Assembly: GCA_965603825.1 (NCBI GenBank)
Contig: CBFDEM010000062.1
Coordinates: 806,001-870,000 of the forward strand
DNA: 64,000 nt
Reading direction: 5' to 3'
Origin: Blepharisma stoltei ATCC 30299
Taxonomy: Eukaryota > Protista > Ciliophora
Each line of letters opens with the position of its first letter. Within the stretch, counting starts at the first letter, position 1. Position numbers and translations under genes: made by a program. The notes beneath the pieces were generated by a model. The model saw nothing but the letters and a program-made list of their open reading frames with translations, searched no databases and was not told the DNA's origin. Positions 1 through 10,534 of the stretch are shown here, piece after piece.

Positions 1-1
1 A

Positions 2-178
2 CGATACTATGCAAGGAGCATGTGTAATAATTGCTATCATAAAATCGGGAGACAAAAAAAAGCTTGAAATTGCCAGCATACAGATCGCCAACTCTATGCA
101 AAGGGATTATGTCAAAAATGCTATTTGCAGGATTATCATAGCCTTAAATCATGTAAGGCGGATGAGGAGAAGATTTAA
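2..178 (+). CDS. 3' end of a gene with tandem Cys/His (YAxxMCxxCY-type) putative zinc-finger repeats; 5' part lies outside the window
   Basis: Frame from nt 2 with TGA(65-67)=Trp reads RYYARSMCNNCYHKIGRQKKAWNCQHTDRQLYAKGLCQKCYLQDYHSLKSCKADEEKI, then TAA at 176-178. It contains two YA(R/K)xxCxxCY units. Not in the ORF track. Confidence 0.75.
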
Positions 179-3100
179 ATATTTAAGGCTAAAGCCATTT
201 AAGATCAATCTAAAATTTTAACTGGATATAACTGTGCCTATTGGCTATAAAAGCTATTAAAATATATATTAAACGAATTATTTTTGCCTTTTTCCTTCAG
301 TTTAAGCTTTACTTTCAACTTAATATTGCTTGCGTGATTCCTTAAAACCTCTTCAAAATTTATTACCTTTTTACATTTTTTTATAATTATATATTACTAA
401 ATAAATATTACTTCAGCATGCTAAAGCAGGTGCATTATGATTTAGGGATAATAAAATTGGCTTCATTTGATGCGAATACTGAAAAGTCCATATTTTCAGC
501 ATGGCTGGCTGTTACAAAATTAATTATTAAATATAACATTTAACTTACCTACTTTACTGGTTAAAGCTTATAAAGCCAAGCTTGCGAAATTTAACAACTT
601 TTTTCCTTCAGGATGCTTATCTATCTTTATTTATAAGAATAAAATGCTAGAAAGTTGATAAAGAAAAATTTAACGTATTTCTTATAATATATTCCTATAC
701 TTTTTATTGCTAAGATGAAGTGAATAAAAGAAGTAAATTTAAAAAAATTCAAATAAAATAAGCGGAGATTAAAGTTCGAAAAACAAAATTTTCAGATAAT
801 AAATAAGCTATTTTGAAAAATTACTGGGAAGACCTTTTCATATATATTCAAGAAAAAATAATTTAATAAAATATGCATTATTTTATGAGATTTGAGGCTT
901 TTTGCAATTATAGCTAGGTTAGCTTTGCTTATTTCATTTTCTTGAAAATAAAGTCGATTGCATTTTGATTTTATAAACTACTTGCTTAAGTCCCATGATA
1001 ATAAACTTGATAGGGTGCCTTTATATTCAACTTTTTTAAATTGGGTAGAGTTTATTTTGCGATTTACGAATTATTCAATGATATAAAATCCAAATATCCT
1101 TCATTTCAGTATAAACTTGATTTTAATTAAGTTTATATTATAAAGAAAGAGATCAAAGGAGTTCTATTCTATAATAGTTTCCAAGCCAGCTTTATTGCTT
1201 TATAATTTTTATAGCAATTTTTATTAAATTTAATTGATATCTTGATATCGTGAACTTTGGTTTAACCTGAGGGATTATGATTAGCATCTGCTTAAAATTT
1301 TAGACAAAGCTTGATAAGTTTTAAAATTTTTCTAGATATTCCCTATTGATGCTATTTATAAAAGCTACGTTTTTTTGACAACTCCTTATACTTACTGGGA
1401 ACTAGACAATCTTACGGACAGTTAAATATATTATTACAATTTGTTCTTTTATCATATTTAATTTTAAATTATAATTGCTATAAAAGTTCTTTTAGCAATT
1501 AGACTTTAGATTTCATGATATTTAAAAATCCAAAAATTTTAATTAAGGAAATTAAATAAGTATATTTCCATGAACTTATTGAATTTATAAAAAAGGACCA
1601 TGCAAAATTTCGGCTTATATATTGACTATGATGAGAATTAAATATAATTAAGTTTAGTAGGATAGGATTCAGCGTAGATAGACTCAAGAACTTAAAGTGA
1701 AATAAATCCTTTTGCAAATCATATCTTTGGGAAGTTTCTGGAGTAATGCACATGAAATAAGAAATAAAGGCTCCTATGAGCGAAATGGATAAATTTTAAT
1801 AAATTTTTCAGAGATCTCAAAAATAAACACATTAATAAAATTTCTAAAATAAATTCTTTTACTTTTGCACTGAAATAGTGCATAAGTAAAATCTCCCAAA
1901 AGATTCAAACTACAAATTTATACACAGCAATATCATAATAAAGACTTTCATCTTCAATTTATAAATTATTTAATGGTCTAAAGAAAATATCAAAAATATT
2001 AATTGATAGACTATTAAGATTATTTAATTGAAGAGAGAAATGCAAATACAAAAATTGGGCGATGCAATGCTTTAGTTAAAAAATTATAGAGAGATGAAAA
2101 TTTAAATATCAAAAAGGTCGTTCAATTTTTAATAAAATATCACTAATCTGAATATTTTATGATATTTTTATTTAGCATAAGTATGAAAATTTCATATCAA
2201 TTTTTTTCAAATAAAAGAGCATAAAAGTAAATTATCTTTCAGCTTTGTCATTTTTCATGAGGATATACAATAAGATGTTTAATTAATTCATAATGGCATG
2301 CAATTAGCAGAACCATAGTAAAATTAAAGATTAATATTGCCACAATTATTGAAAAAATGTGATTTATACCAATATTTTTATAGATACTTAGCAATTTATA
2401 TAGAAAATTAATTTCTTATATTAATAAAAAATTTTAAACTGAAGTTTTTGTTCTTTTCAACTTGAAAATAGTGAAGGCTGATAAAAATACTATATCTCTG
2501 TTAAAAACTACAAAACGAAATTCGCGTTAGAGTATCTCTACATATCGTTTATCTTGGCAGTTTATGAATAAGATAATTTTTTGTTCTAAGTTTAGATCAT
2601 TAATTATTATATCTTGCTGCTAGACTATAATGATAATATCAAACTTATAAGTGCTAGCAAAGAAGTTTTTGAAGATAAATAGTGAAAAAGTATATAGAAT
2701 TTGCAAGTCGTAAATCGAATATGGAATTTTATATTTTATTTAAAGTCAACTTTTTCGTATAAAACAATATTCCAAATGTAAAATCCAAATTATTATATCT
2801 TTACAATCACTAATGATTTATATTATAATTTTATAAATGATTTTTAGGGAATATTGATTCAGCATTTCAAATAGCTAAAAAGATAATATTTCGAAATTCT
2901 GTCGATTATGATAATGATATTTTATTCATACATAATTTTTCAACAATTTTCATCTCATTCTCGTCATTTTTATTCACTATAAACATACCGATTCATTTCT
3001 GTCATGATTTCCAGCTATTTTTCTAACTGGAAAATACAAAAATCTCTTGATAGCAATTCCAGAGTAATCAAAATTAACTACTAAGACTTAAAATACAATT

Positions 3101-3697
3101 AATAACGAAATTCAAGTGAAAATTTATATACAGTCTGCATAATTATTTAAAAATTATTCTTTTATTTTTATATTTCTATCGACTTTTATAGAAATGTTGA
3201 AGTTTTTATTTAATATGATTGCAAGTATTTATATAAAAATTATGCAAATAATCCTCAAAGAATTTTTATAAAAGCTGGTTGCAACATTTATAACAATTTC
3301 TACCCCATAGTATGCTATTATAGTTTAATAGAATGCTGAGCTGTTTAAAATAGAATGATTATTTGTATGGACATATGTAAAAATGCCTAACGATTTAAAA
3401 AACTTTATGAGGCTTGCCTTTAGAAATATTTTTTATCCATTATGAGCCAATTTAATAGAGGTAAATATATTTGTCACATACTTAATCACACAGACTTTAA
3501 TTCGCCATAATCTTCCACAAAATTCTAATTCTAATAAATAAATCCCTTTACCTACCTTTAATCCTGAACTATAAGTTATATTTAATTTCCTTGTAATTTA
3601 CAACACAACTAATTTCTTCACCATATCTATCACCTAATTTATCCAAAATCATCCATATAAGCCTTTATTCCCATATTGTACGTGTGGTAATAATAAA

Positions 3698-6600
3698 ATG
3701 TTGAAAGGAACTGTCATTTGGGCCTGCGTGCTCACAATTCTCAGTTTTACAGCTGCTTCATCCAAGTTTAACGCTAAGGACATCACCAGCGACTCTCAGT
3801 TCGTATTGAAATCGCTCGCAGAATTTCGTCAACAAGCTCACCTATACAAGTCTTTAAGGATTCATGCTCAGATGATCGAAGAATCCTTCAACAATGACGA
3901 AGCCAATAAAAATTTACAGTCAGCCTTAGCCACTTCAGCTAAATTAATGTCTGATTTACTACTCACTAAGCCTACAACAGGTCAGCTAAGGCTTGGCGAG
4001 AATAATCAATGCACAGATATCCTGTTTAGTCAGATAATCCAAAGCAAAGATTTATCCGCGGATATCACTATATTCGCTGTTAATAATGAAGAAAAGGGAG
4101 AAATTGCATCCTCAAAGAAGTGTGAGGTGAACGAAAATAAGACTATTAGGTCTTTAGCTCTGGAAATTAATGCTGAAAAACTTATGAAGCTAGATGAACT
4201 TTCACAGGTCAAAGAACTTTGTATTGCAATCTCTAAAGCCTTATATGAAGACAAGGAAGGGGAAAGACAAGTACTGATGAGCGAGATAGGAGGAGTTTTA
4301 GCAAAAGAGAGAGAAATAAAAATAGCACCAATTCTTGGAGCTTGTGATGCTGGTCAAAACAACTGTATAACTTGCGCTGATGCAGACAATTGCCAAACTT
4401 GTGCTGATGGCTATTTTGTAAGTGGAGGAGCTTGTGCAGCTTGCAATACTAACTGTGCTACTTGCACCACAACCGCTGGTAACTGTGCAACTTGCTCTGA
4501 TACAACTCATATGTCAGCTGCTCCAGCTTGTGCTTGCCCAACTAACGGAGCTCTCTCAGGAACAACTTGCACTTGTAACGCCGGCTATTACTTCAGTGCT
4601 GGCACTGTCTGCTCTGCTTGCAATACTAACTGCGCCACTTGTACCACAACCGCTGGTAACTGTGCAACTTGCTCTGATACAACTCATATGTCAGCTGCTC
4701 CAGCCTGTGCTTGCCCAACTAACGGAGCTCTCTCAGGAACAACTTGCACTTGTAACGCCGGCTATTACTTCAGTGCTGGCACTGTCTGCTCTGCTTGCAA
4801 TACTAACTGCGCCACTTGTACCACAACCGCTGGTAACTGTGCAACTTGCTCTGATACAACTCATATGTCAGCTGCTCCAGCTTGTGCTTGCCCAACTAAC
4901 GGAGCTCTCTCAGGAACAACTTGCACTTGTAACGCCGGCTATTACTTCAGTGCTGGCACTGTCTGCTCTGCTTGCAATACTAACTGCGCCACTTGCACCA
5001 CAACCGCTGGTAACTGTGCAACTTGCTCTGATACAACTCATATGTCAGCTGCTCCAGCTTGTGCTTGCCCAACTAACGGAGCTCTCTCAGGAACTACTTG
5101 TACTTGCAACGCCGGCTATTACTTCAGCGCGGACACTGTCTGTTCTGCTTGCAATACCAACTGCGCTACTTGCACCGCAAGCGCTGGCAACTGTGCAACT
5201 TGCTCTGATACAACTCATATGTCAGCTGCTCCAGCCTGTGCTTGCCCAACTAATGGAGCTCTCTCAGGAACAACTTGCACTTGCAACGCAGGCTATTACT
5301 TCAGCGCTGACACTGTCTGTTCTGTCTGTAATACTAATTGCGCTACATGCACCGCAAGCGCTGGTAACTGTGCAACTTGCTCTGATACAACTCATATGTC
5401 AGCTGCTCCAGCCTGTGCTTGCCCAACTAACGGAGCTCTCTCAGGAACAACTTGTACTTGCAACGCTGGCTATTACTTCAGCGCTGACACTGTCTGTTCT
5501 GCCTGTAATACTAATTGCGCTACTTGTACCACAACCGCTGGCAACTGTGCAACTTGCTCTGATGCAACTCATATGTCAGCTGCTCCAGCCTGTGCTTGCC
5601 CAACTAACGGAGCTCTCTCAGGAACAACTTGTACTTGCAATGCAGGCTATTACTTCAGCGCTGACACTGTCTGTTCTGCTTGCAATACAAACTGCGCTAC
5701 ATGTGAAACTGCTGCTGATGAGTGTTTAACTTGTGCTGATGCCACCCATATGTCAGATGCCCCAGCATGTGCCTGTCCAACTAATGCAGCACTATTAGGG
5801 ACTGCTTGTGCTTGTAACGCTGGCTATTTCTTTAGCGCAGATACTGTCTGTTCTACTTGCAATACCAATTGTGCAACATGTTCTACAAGTGCTGCAACTT
5901 GTGATACATGCGCAGACTCAACTCACATGACAGCTGCTCCAGCTTGTGCCTGTCCAACAGATAGTGCTTTTACAGATGGAAACTGTGTTTGCGACACTGG
6001 CTATTACTATAGCGCCGATACCGTGTGCTCCGCTTGCACTGCCCCATGCTCTGAATGTTCAACTTCAGCTACAACTTGCACAGCATGCGAGGATGGGTAC
6101 TATCTGAGTGGAAATTCTTGCCTCCCTTGTACTGCCCCATGCAACACTTGCTCAACTTCAGCGACTACCTGCACAGCTTGCGACGATTCAGATAACATGT
6201 CTCTAGATGAAGGAGTTTGCACATGTAAAGACGCTCATGCCACTTTTAGCACTACTTCAAATACATGTGTTTGCAATAGTGACTATTTCGATAACAACGG
6301 AGTCTGTACTCAATGCACTTCTCCTTGCAATGAATGTACATCAGCAACAAGCTGCCAGGGATGTATAGATGGATATTGGCTTAACGCAGGAGTTTGTGAA
6401 GCTTGCACACCTCCTTGCGCTAAATGTAGCACTTCAGGTACTACATGCACTGATTGTGTTGCCGGCACAACATTAAATGCTGGCACTTGTTCATGCACAG
6501 ATCCTAATGCCAGTTTCAATGATAACTCTGATGCATGCGTTTGTAATCCAGGATACTATGCAGCTGCTGGAGGAACTTGCACAATCTGCGATAACAATTG

Positions 6601-7273
6601 CGCCACTTGCACTGGAACTGCAACCACTTGTGATTCATGCAAAACTGGTTTTGTGATAAACGGAAATGTATGTGATGCTTGCGGTGCAGGCTGTAAAGTA
6701 TGTACAAGCTCAACTGTTTGCACAACATGTTATGATACAACTGCTTTCTCAACTCTTAAAAATGGCGTTTGTGGTTGCACTGATCCTAACCAAATCTTCA
6801 ATGACCAAGGCTTCTGCACATGCAACTCTGGATATTTCCCAAATGTAGATAAATGTGTAGCATGTGGCAAAGGATGCAAAACTTGCACAAGTGCAGCATC
6901 ATGCAAATTCTGTTGGGATACCAAGAATGGAGTAGTAAATACCGATGGAACTTGCTCTTGCATATTAGCTGGCCAAGAATATGATCCTACTGGGCATGTA
7001 TGTAATTGCCTTGTCCACACTTATGGAAATTACACCACTGAGAAATGTGAAACATGTAGTATAGGTTGCAGCACATGCACAAACTCCACACTTTGTGACG
7101 AGTGTTACGACTCCACAAATATGCAAGAAGATAAAGACGGGACTTGTAGTTGTAAAGATGACGACCAGAGATTCTCGACTTCGAATGACAAGTGCATTGA
7201 TAGAGAAGATAGTGCAATTGGTTTGGCTTTCTCTTGGATCTTGCTTGTTTCAGCAATGATCTTCTCGCTTTAG
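3698..7273 (+). CDS. Cysteine-rich surface protein (furin-like/VSP-like CxxC repeats) with signal peptide and predicted GPI anchor, 1191 aa
   Basis: Uninterrupted ORF. Hydrophobic N-terminus MLKGTVIWACVLTILSFTAAS, a ~190-aa Cys-poor domain, then CxxC and CxC...GY repeats. C-terminus DREDSAIGLAFSWILLVSAMIFSL has small residues followed by a hydrophobic tail and no cytosolic tail. Confidence 0.9.
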   Translation: MLKGTVIWACVLTILSFTAASSKFNAKDITSDSQFVLKSLAEFRQQAHLYKSLRIHAQMIEESFNNDEANKNLQSALATSAKLMSDLLLTKPTTGQLRLGENNQCTDILFSQIIQSKDLSADITIFAVNNEEKGEIASSKKCEVNENKTIRSLALEINAEKLMKLDELSQVKELCIAISKALYEDKEGERQVLMSEIGGVLAKEREIKIAPILGACDAGQNNCITCADADNCQTCADGYFVSGGACAACNTNCATCTTTAGNCATCSDTTHMSAAPACACPTNGALSGTTCTCNAGYYFSAGTVCSACNTNCATCTTTAGNCATCSDTTHMSAAPACACPTNGALSGTTCTCNAGYYFSAGTVCSACNTNCATCTTTAGNCATCSDTTHMSAAPACACPTNGALSGTTCTCNAGYYFSAGTVCSACNTNCATCTTTAGNCATCSDTTHMSAAPACACPTNGALSGTTCTCNAGYYFSADTVCSACNTNCATCTASAGNCATCSDTTHMSAAPACACPTNGALSGTTCTCNAGYYFSADTVCSVCNTNCATCTASAGNCATCSDTTHMSAAPACACPTNGALSGTTCTCNAGYYFSADTVCSACNTNCATCTTTAGNCATCSDATHMSAAPACACPTNGALSGTTCTCNAGYYFSADTVCSACNTNCATCETAADECLTCADATHMSDAPACACPTNAALLGTACACNAGYFFSADTVCSTCNTNCATCSTSAATCDTCADSTHMTAAPACACPTDSAFTDGNCVCDTGYYYSADTVCSACTAPCSECSTSATTCTACEDGYYLSGNSCLPCTAPCNTCSTSATTCTACDDSDNMSLDEGVCTCKDAHATFSTTSNTCVCNSDYFDNNGVCTQCTSPCNECTSATSCQGCIDGYWLNAGVCEACTPPCAKCSTSGTTCTDCVAGTTLNAGTCSCTDPNASFNDNSDACVCNPGYYAAAGGTCTICDNNCATCTGTATTCDSCKTGFVINGNVCDACGAGCKVCTSSTVCTTCYDTTAFSTLKNGVCGCTDPNQIFNDQGFCTCNSGYFPNVDKCVACGKGCKTCTSAASCKFCWDTKNGVVNTDGTCSCILAGQEYDPTGHVCNCLVHTYGNYTTEKCETCSIGCSTCTNSTLCDECYDSTNMQEDKDGTCSCKDDDQRFSTSNDKCIDREDSAIGLAFSWILLVSAMIFSL
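4442..6035 (+). repeat. About 9 tandem 177-nt (59-aa, 10-Cys) coding repeats
   Basis: tgcaatactaactg recurs at 4442, 4619 and onward with 177-nt spacing. Unit: CNTNCATCTTTAGNCATCSDTTHMSAAPACACPTNGALSGTTCTCNAGYYFSAGTVCSA. The first units are nearly identical and later ones diverge. Confidence 0.95.
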
Positions 7274-7512
7274 ATAACTAATTATAACTAGATAATTTGC
7301 TTCTAAGAAGATGGAATTTTTGGTTTAGAGCATATTTACACAATAATCATAAATTTTTTTACTAAAAAAATTGTGCTCTTATCAAATCCCCAACAGGTAT
7401 TTAACGCCTTAAACAGCACTTAGAAATACCCAATTTTTGATACTGTGTCTATATAGCACTTAGTTTTTAAAAAAGTAGGATTGAATTGAAATTGCTGCAT
7501 AAAGCAATAGTT

Positions 7513-9018
7513 ATGCTTAAATTGAGAATCAAATCTCTCAATAAGAAAGCAAAATTAATTGATCAGCTTATATATGCTTGCCAATCTCCTTGCGCAACTT
7601 GCCAAACAACTACAACTTATTGTCTTACTTGTATAGATACCTTCTTAGAGGCTGATGCCGGTATTTGCAAATGTAAAGATCCAAATGCTAGCTATGAAGC
7701 AAGTGATAATGCATGCGTCTGCAATCCAAAATATTTCGAATCCAATGATATTTGTGCAAGCTGCAATACAGAATGTGCTACATGTGATATTATTGCCTCA
7801 AATTGCACTTCCTGTGCAGATGGCTATTTTAATCAAGATGACTTGTGCATTGCTTGCTCATCGCCATGTGCTACATGCTCTGAATCAGCAACTACATGCC
7901 TTTCATGTGATGACCCTAACAATATGGTTTTAAGTGGAGGAGTCTGTGGCTGTAAATCCAGCCATGCTACATTTGATCCAACCCAAAAAATATGCGTTTG
8001 TGACATCGGATACTATTTAGATGCAACCAATATTTGCCAGCCTTGCATTAATCCATGTCAAACTTGTATAGGATCAGGCACTGTTTGCGAATCATGCGTG
8101 CCTGGCTATTTCCTTGAAAATGGTAACACTGAATGCACAAAATGTGAATCACCATGCGAAACATGTACAGGAACAGCTGAAACATGCAATTCCTGTGTAG
8201 ATCCTATAGACTTAAAACTCGTAGACAATACTTGTGTATGTAACGATAAAAATGCGGAATTTAATGTGACTTCGGGATCGTGCGAATGTGACCCTGGGTT
8301 TTATTCAAGTAATAATAACTGTGTTGCTTGTGCAGTAGGCTGTGAAGACTGTGATTCTAAAGGAGATTGCAATGAATGCTCTATTGGGTATTATTTAAAT
8401 AAAAATGAAGTTTGTGTGGCTTGTGCCTCCGGATGTGAGGAATGTGGGTCAGCAACGACTTGTGAGAAATGCATAGATCAGCATAATACGAAACTAGCAA
8501 ATGGTATTTGTACCTGCATAACGGCAAAAGCTACCTTTAACACTGAAGGAATGTGTGAATGTCAAGATGGACTTTTCAATAATACAGAGACAGATACTTG
8601 TGTTTCTTGTCCTTCTAATTGCGAAGTATGCACATCAGCCAATGAATGTAATCAATGTTGGGATCCTACAATGACTAAAAGCGCAACTGGGGCTTGTGCC
8701 TGCTCGTTCCAAAATCAATACTTTAATGAAACTACACATTTATGTGAATGTCCAAGCCATCAATATTTGAATGCAGCTTCTAAACAATGTTCAGCTTGTG
8801 GAGAAGGGTGCGATATATGTACTGATGCCAAGACCTGTGAGACTTGCTTTGACCCAGATCATATGACCAATAATCAAGATGGAACTTGCAATTGCACAAG
8901 TTCTAAACAGGAATTTTCTGAAAAGAATGAAAGGTGTAGAGATACTGATAGTGGAGCTTATGACTTGACATTTACTTGGATCCTTTTGGTGATTTCGATA
9001 GCGCTTTCAGCGTTTTAG
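7513..9018 (+). CDS. Second Cys-rich GPI-type surface protein, tandem paralogue; no signal peptide found (5'-truncated or 5' end unresolved)
   Basis: CxxC/GY repeats and a C-terminal DTDSGAYDLTFTWILLVISIALSAF that parallels the upstream gene. In-frame TAA at 7468-7470; first in-frame ATG at 7513 gives a basic, non-hydrophobic N-terminus. Confidence 0.7.
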   Translation: MLKLRIKSLNKKAKLIDQLIYACQSPCATCQTTTTYCLTCIDTFLEADAGICKCKDPNASYEASDNACVCNPKYFESNDICASCNTECATCDIIASNCTSCADGYFNQDDLCIACSSPCATCSESATTCLSCDDPNNMVLSGGVCGCKSSHATFDPTQKICVCDIGYYLDATNICQPCINPCQTCIGSGTVCESCVPGYFLENGNTECTKCESPCETCTGTAETCNSCVDPIDLKLVDNTCVCNDKNAEFNVTSGSCECDPGFYSSNNNCVACAVGCEDCDSKGDCNECSIGYYLNKNEVCVACASGCEECGSATTCEKCIDQHNTKLANGICTCITAKATFNTEGMCECQDGLFNNTETDTCVSCPSNCEVCTSANECNQCWDPTMTKSATGACACSFQNQYFNETTHLCECPSHQYLNAASKQCSACGEGCDICTDAKTCETCFDPDHMTNNQDGTCNCTSSKQEFSEKNERCRDTDSGAYDLTFTWILLVISIALSAF

Positions 9019-9673
9019 AGTAGATAATTAATATTTTTAAGTTAGCTTGTGAGTAATGTAAATTTTGAATGAGATGATATGGAAGCAGAAAAAGAATCAT
9101 GTATCACGGCTATAAAATAAAGGAAGAAAATGCTTCTTTAATGTTCTGGAATATAAGGAAAAGAATTTTTGTTTTCCATTAAATATTAGAGCTGATAATT
9201 TTTTATGTTTTTGGAAACTTGCATATTTTATTTCATCTGCGAATTTATATCAATTTCGTTTGTGCTTTTCTATTTTGCCTTCTCATAATTGATTTAGTCT
9301 TTTGCTCATTTTCTTTGCTAGCTATCTTAGACAGCTCTAAAATTTTTCCAGACTGCTGAATTCCCATAAAGTTTATGTTATATTGTGAGCCTAAACTTTA
9401 AATCCTCTTTCTTGCTTAACTATTGTTTTTGTATGTTTTCTAATATTTTAAATAGCTTCTTATATATTTTCAATATATTTTCAATATATCTCGTATATTT
9501 TCTATCCTTCTTAAGCTTTTCTAATTAAATCATTAGTAATCCTGCCAATTGAAGCAAAAAATCTTTCTCTTTAGTTTTGTTTTTAAGAATATTTCTTAAA
9601 TAAAAAAGCTATACGACTTGCTTTCTGAATTTAATTTCTCTGTTTCCCTCATTAATTTTAGCTAAATTGAGCA

Positions 9674-9832
9674 CGCTTCTTCTAAGCTTGAAGCTTCCAG
9701 TCTTTTATTGCTCAAATAGGTCAAATGCACTATGTCTGAAAGAATCGCATACCGCTTCTTCTAAGCTTGAAGATTCCAGCTCTTTTATTGCTCAAACAGG
9801 TCAAATGCTCTATTTCTGAAAGAATCGCATAC
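9674..9832. repeat. Tandem direct duplication, 79 and 80 bp copies
   Basis: cgcttcttctaagcttgaag...tctgaaagaatcgcatac at 9674-9752 and again at 9753-9832, with a few substitutions and one indel. Confidence 0.9.
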
Positions 9833-10015
9833 TATATATTAAATAATTCAAAAATGACTGAATATTTCAGATATAAGATTTATTAGTTATTCTTTAAGAG
9901 CTTTATGAAATCAATTTAAAAATTGATAATTAAAATATTTTTGCTAAGCTTCAAATTGATATATTAAGAATTTTCCAGGAACTATATAAATCCATTATTC
10001 CAAGAAAATTCAGTC

Positions 10016-10086
10016 GTCGGTATAGTTTAGTGGTAGAATCTTACGTTGTGGCCGTAAGTACCTGGGCTCGATTCCCAGTACCGACA
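10016..10086 (+). tRNA. tRNA-His (GTG)
   Basis: Acceptor stem GTCGGTA/TACCGAC, D-loop AGTGGTA, anticodon arm TTACG-TTGTGGC-CGTAA (GTG at 10048-10050), T arm CTGGG-CTCGATT-CCCAG, discriminator A, then a T6 run (Pol III terminator). Confidence 0.95.
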
Positions 10087-10534
10087 TCTTTTTTAAATTT
10101 TTATTTGCTTATACTTTATCAAGTTCTATAATGAAGAATTAGAGTTCGCTATATTTAATAAGAGACTTCTTCAAATATTTAATTCTGTAATCAGGGAAAA
10201 AAGATTTTATCAATAAAATGCCTTTATAAAGAATAAAGTGATTGAATATATAGCTGCCATTTAGATTTTAAATGCAAATTAATATAAAAAAGATTTTTAA
10301 ATAATTCTTTTGAGAACTCCTATAAATTCACGAATAAAATCAGCTTTTGATTAAATTTAATTCATATTTTACAATAATTTTAATTTTTTAAACTAGTTTT
10401 TTGTCTATAATACAATAAATCTTCTTAAAACATATAAGCCAAAACGCTGCGAAAAATAATTATATTAAATAAGTCATTTCCTTTTGGATTATATTAATCC
10501 TTAGTGCTTCTTCATTTTAATTTTATTTTCGATT

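Noticed and set aside
9-221. Track ORF of 70 aa
   Set aside because: The overlapping frame from nt 2 has a coherent Cys/His repeat and is the more plausible coding frame.
1499-1753. 84-aa minus-strand ORF in the AT-rich tract
   Set aside because: Composition matches non-coding AT-rich DNA and there are no motifs.
4422-5729. 435-aa Leu/Ala/Gln-rich ORF in an alternative frame
   Set aside because: Shadow frame of the 177-nt repeat: one stop-free unit repeated gives a long ORF automatically.
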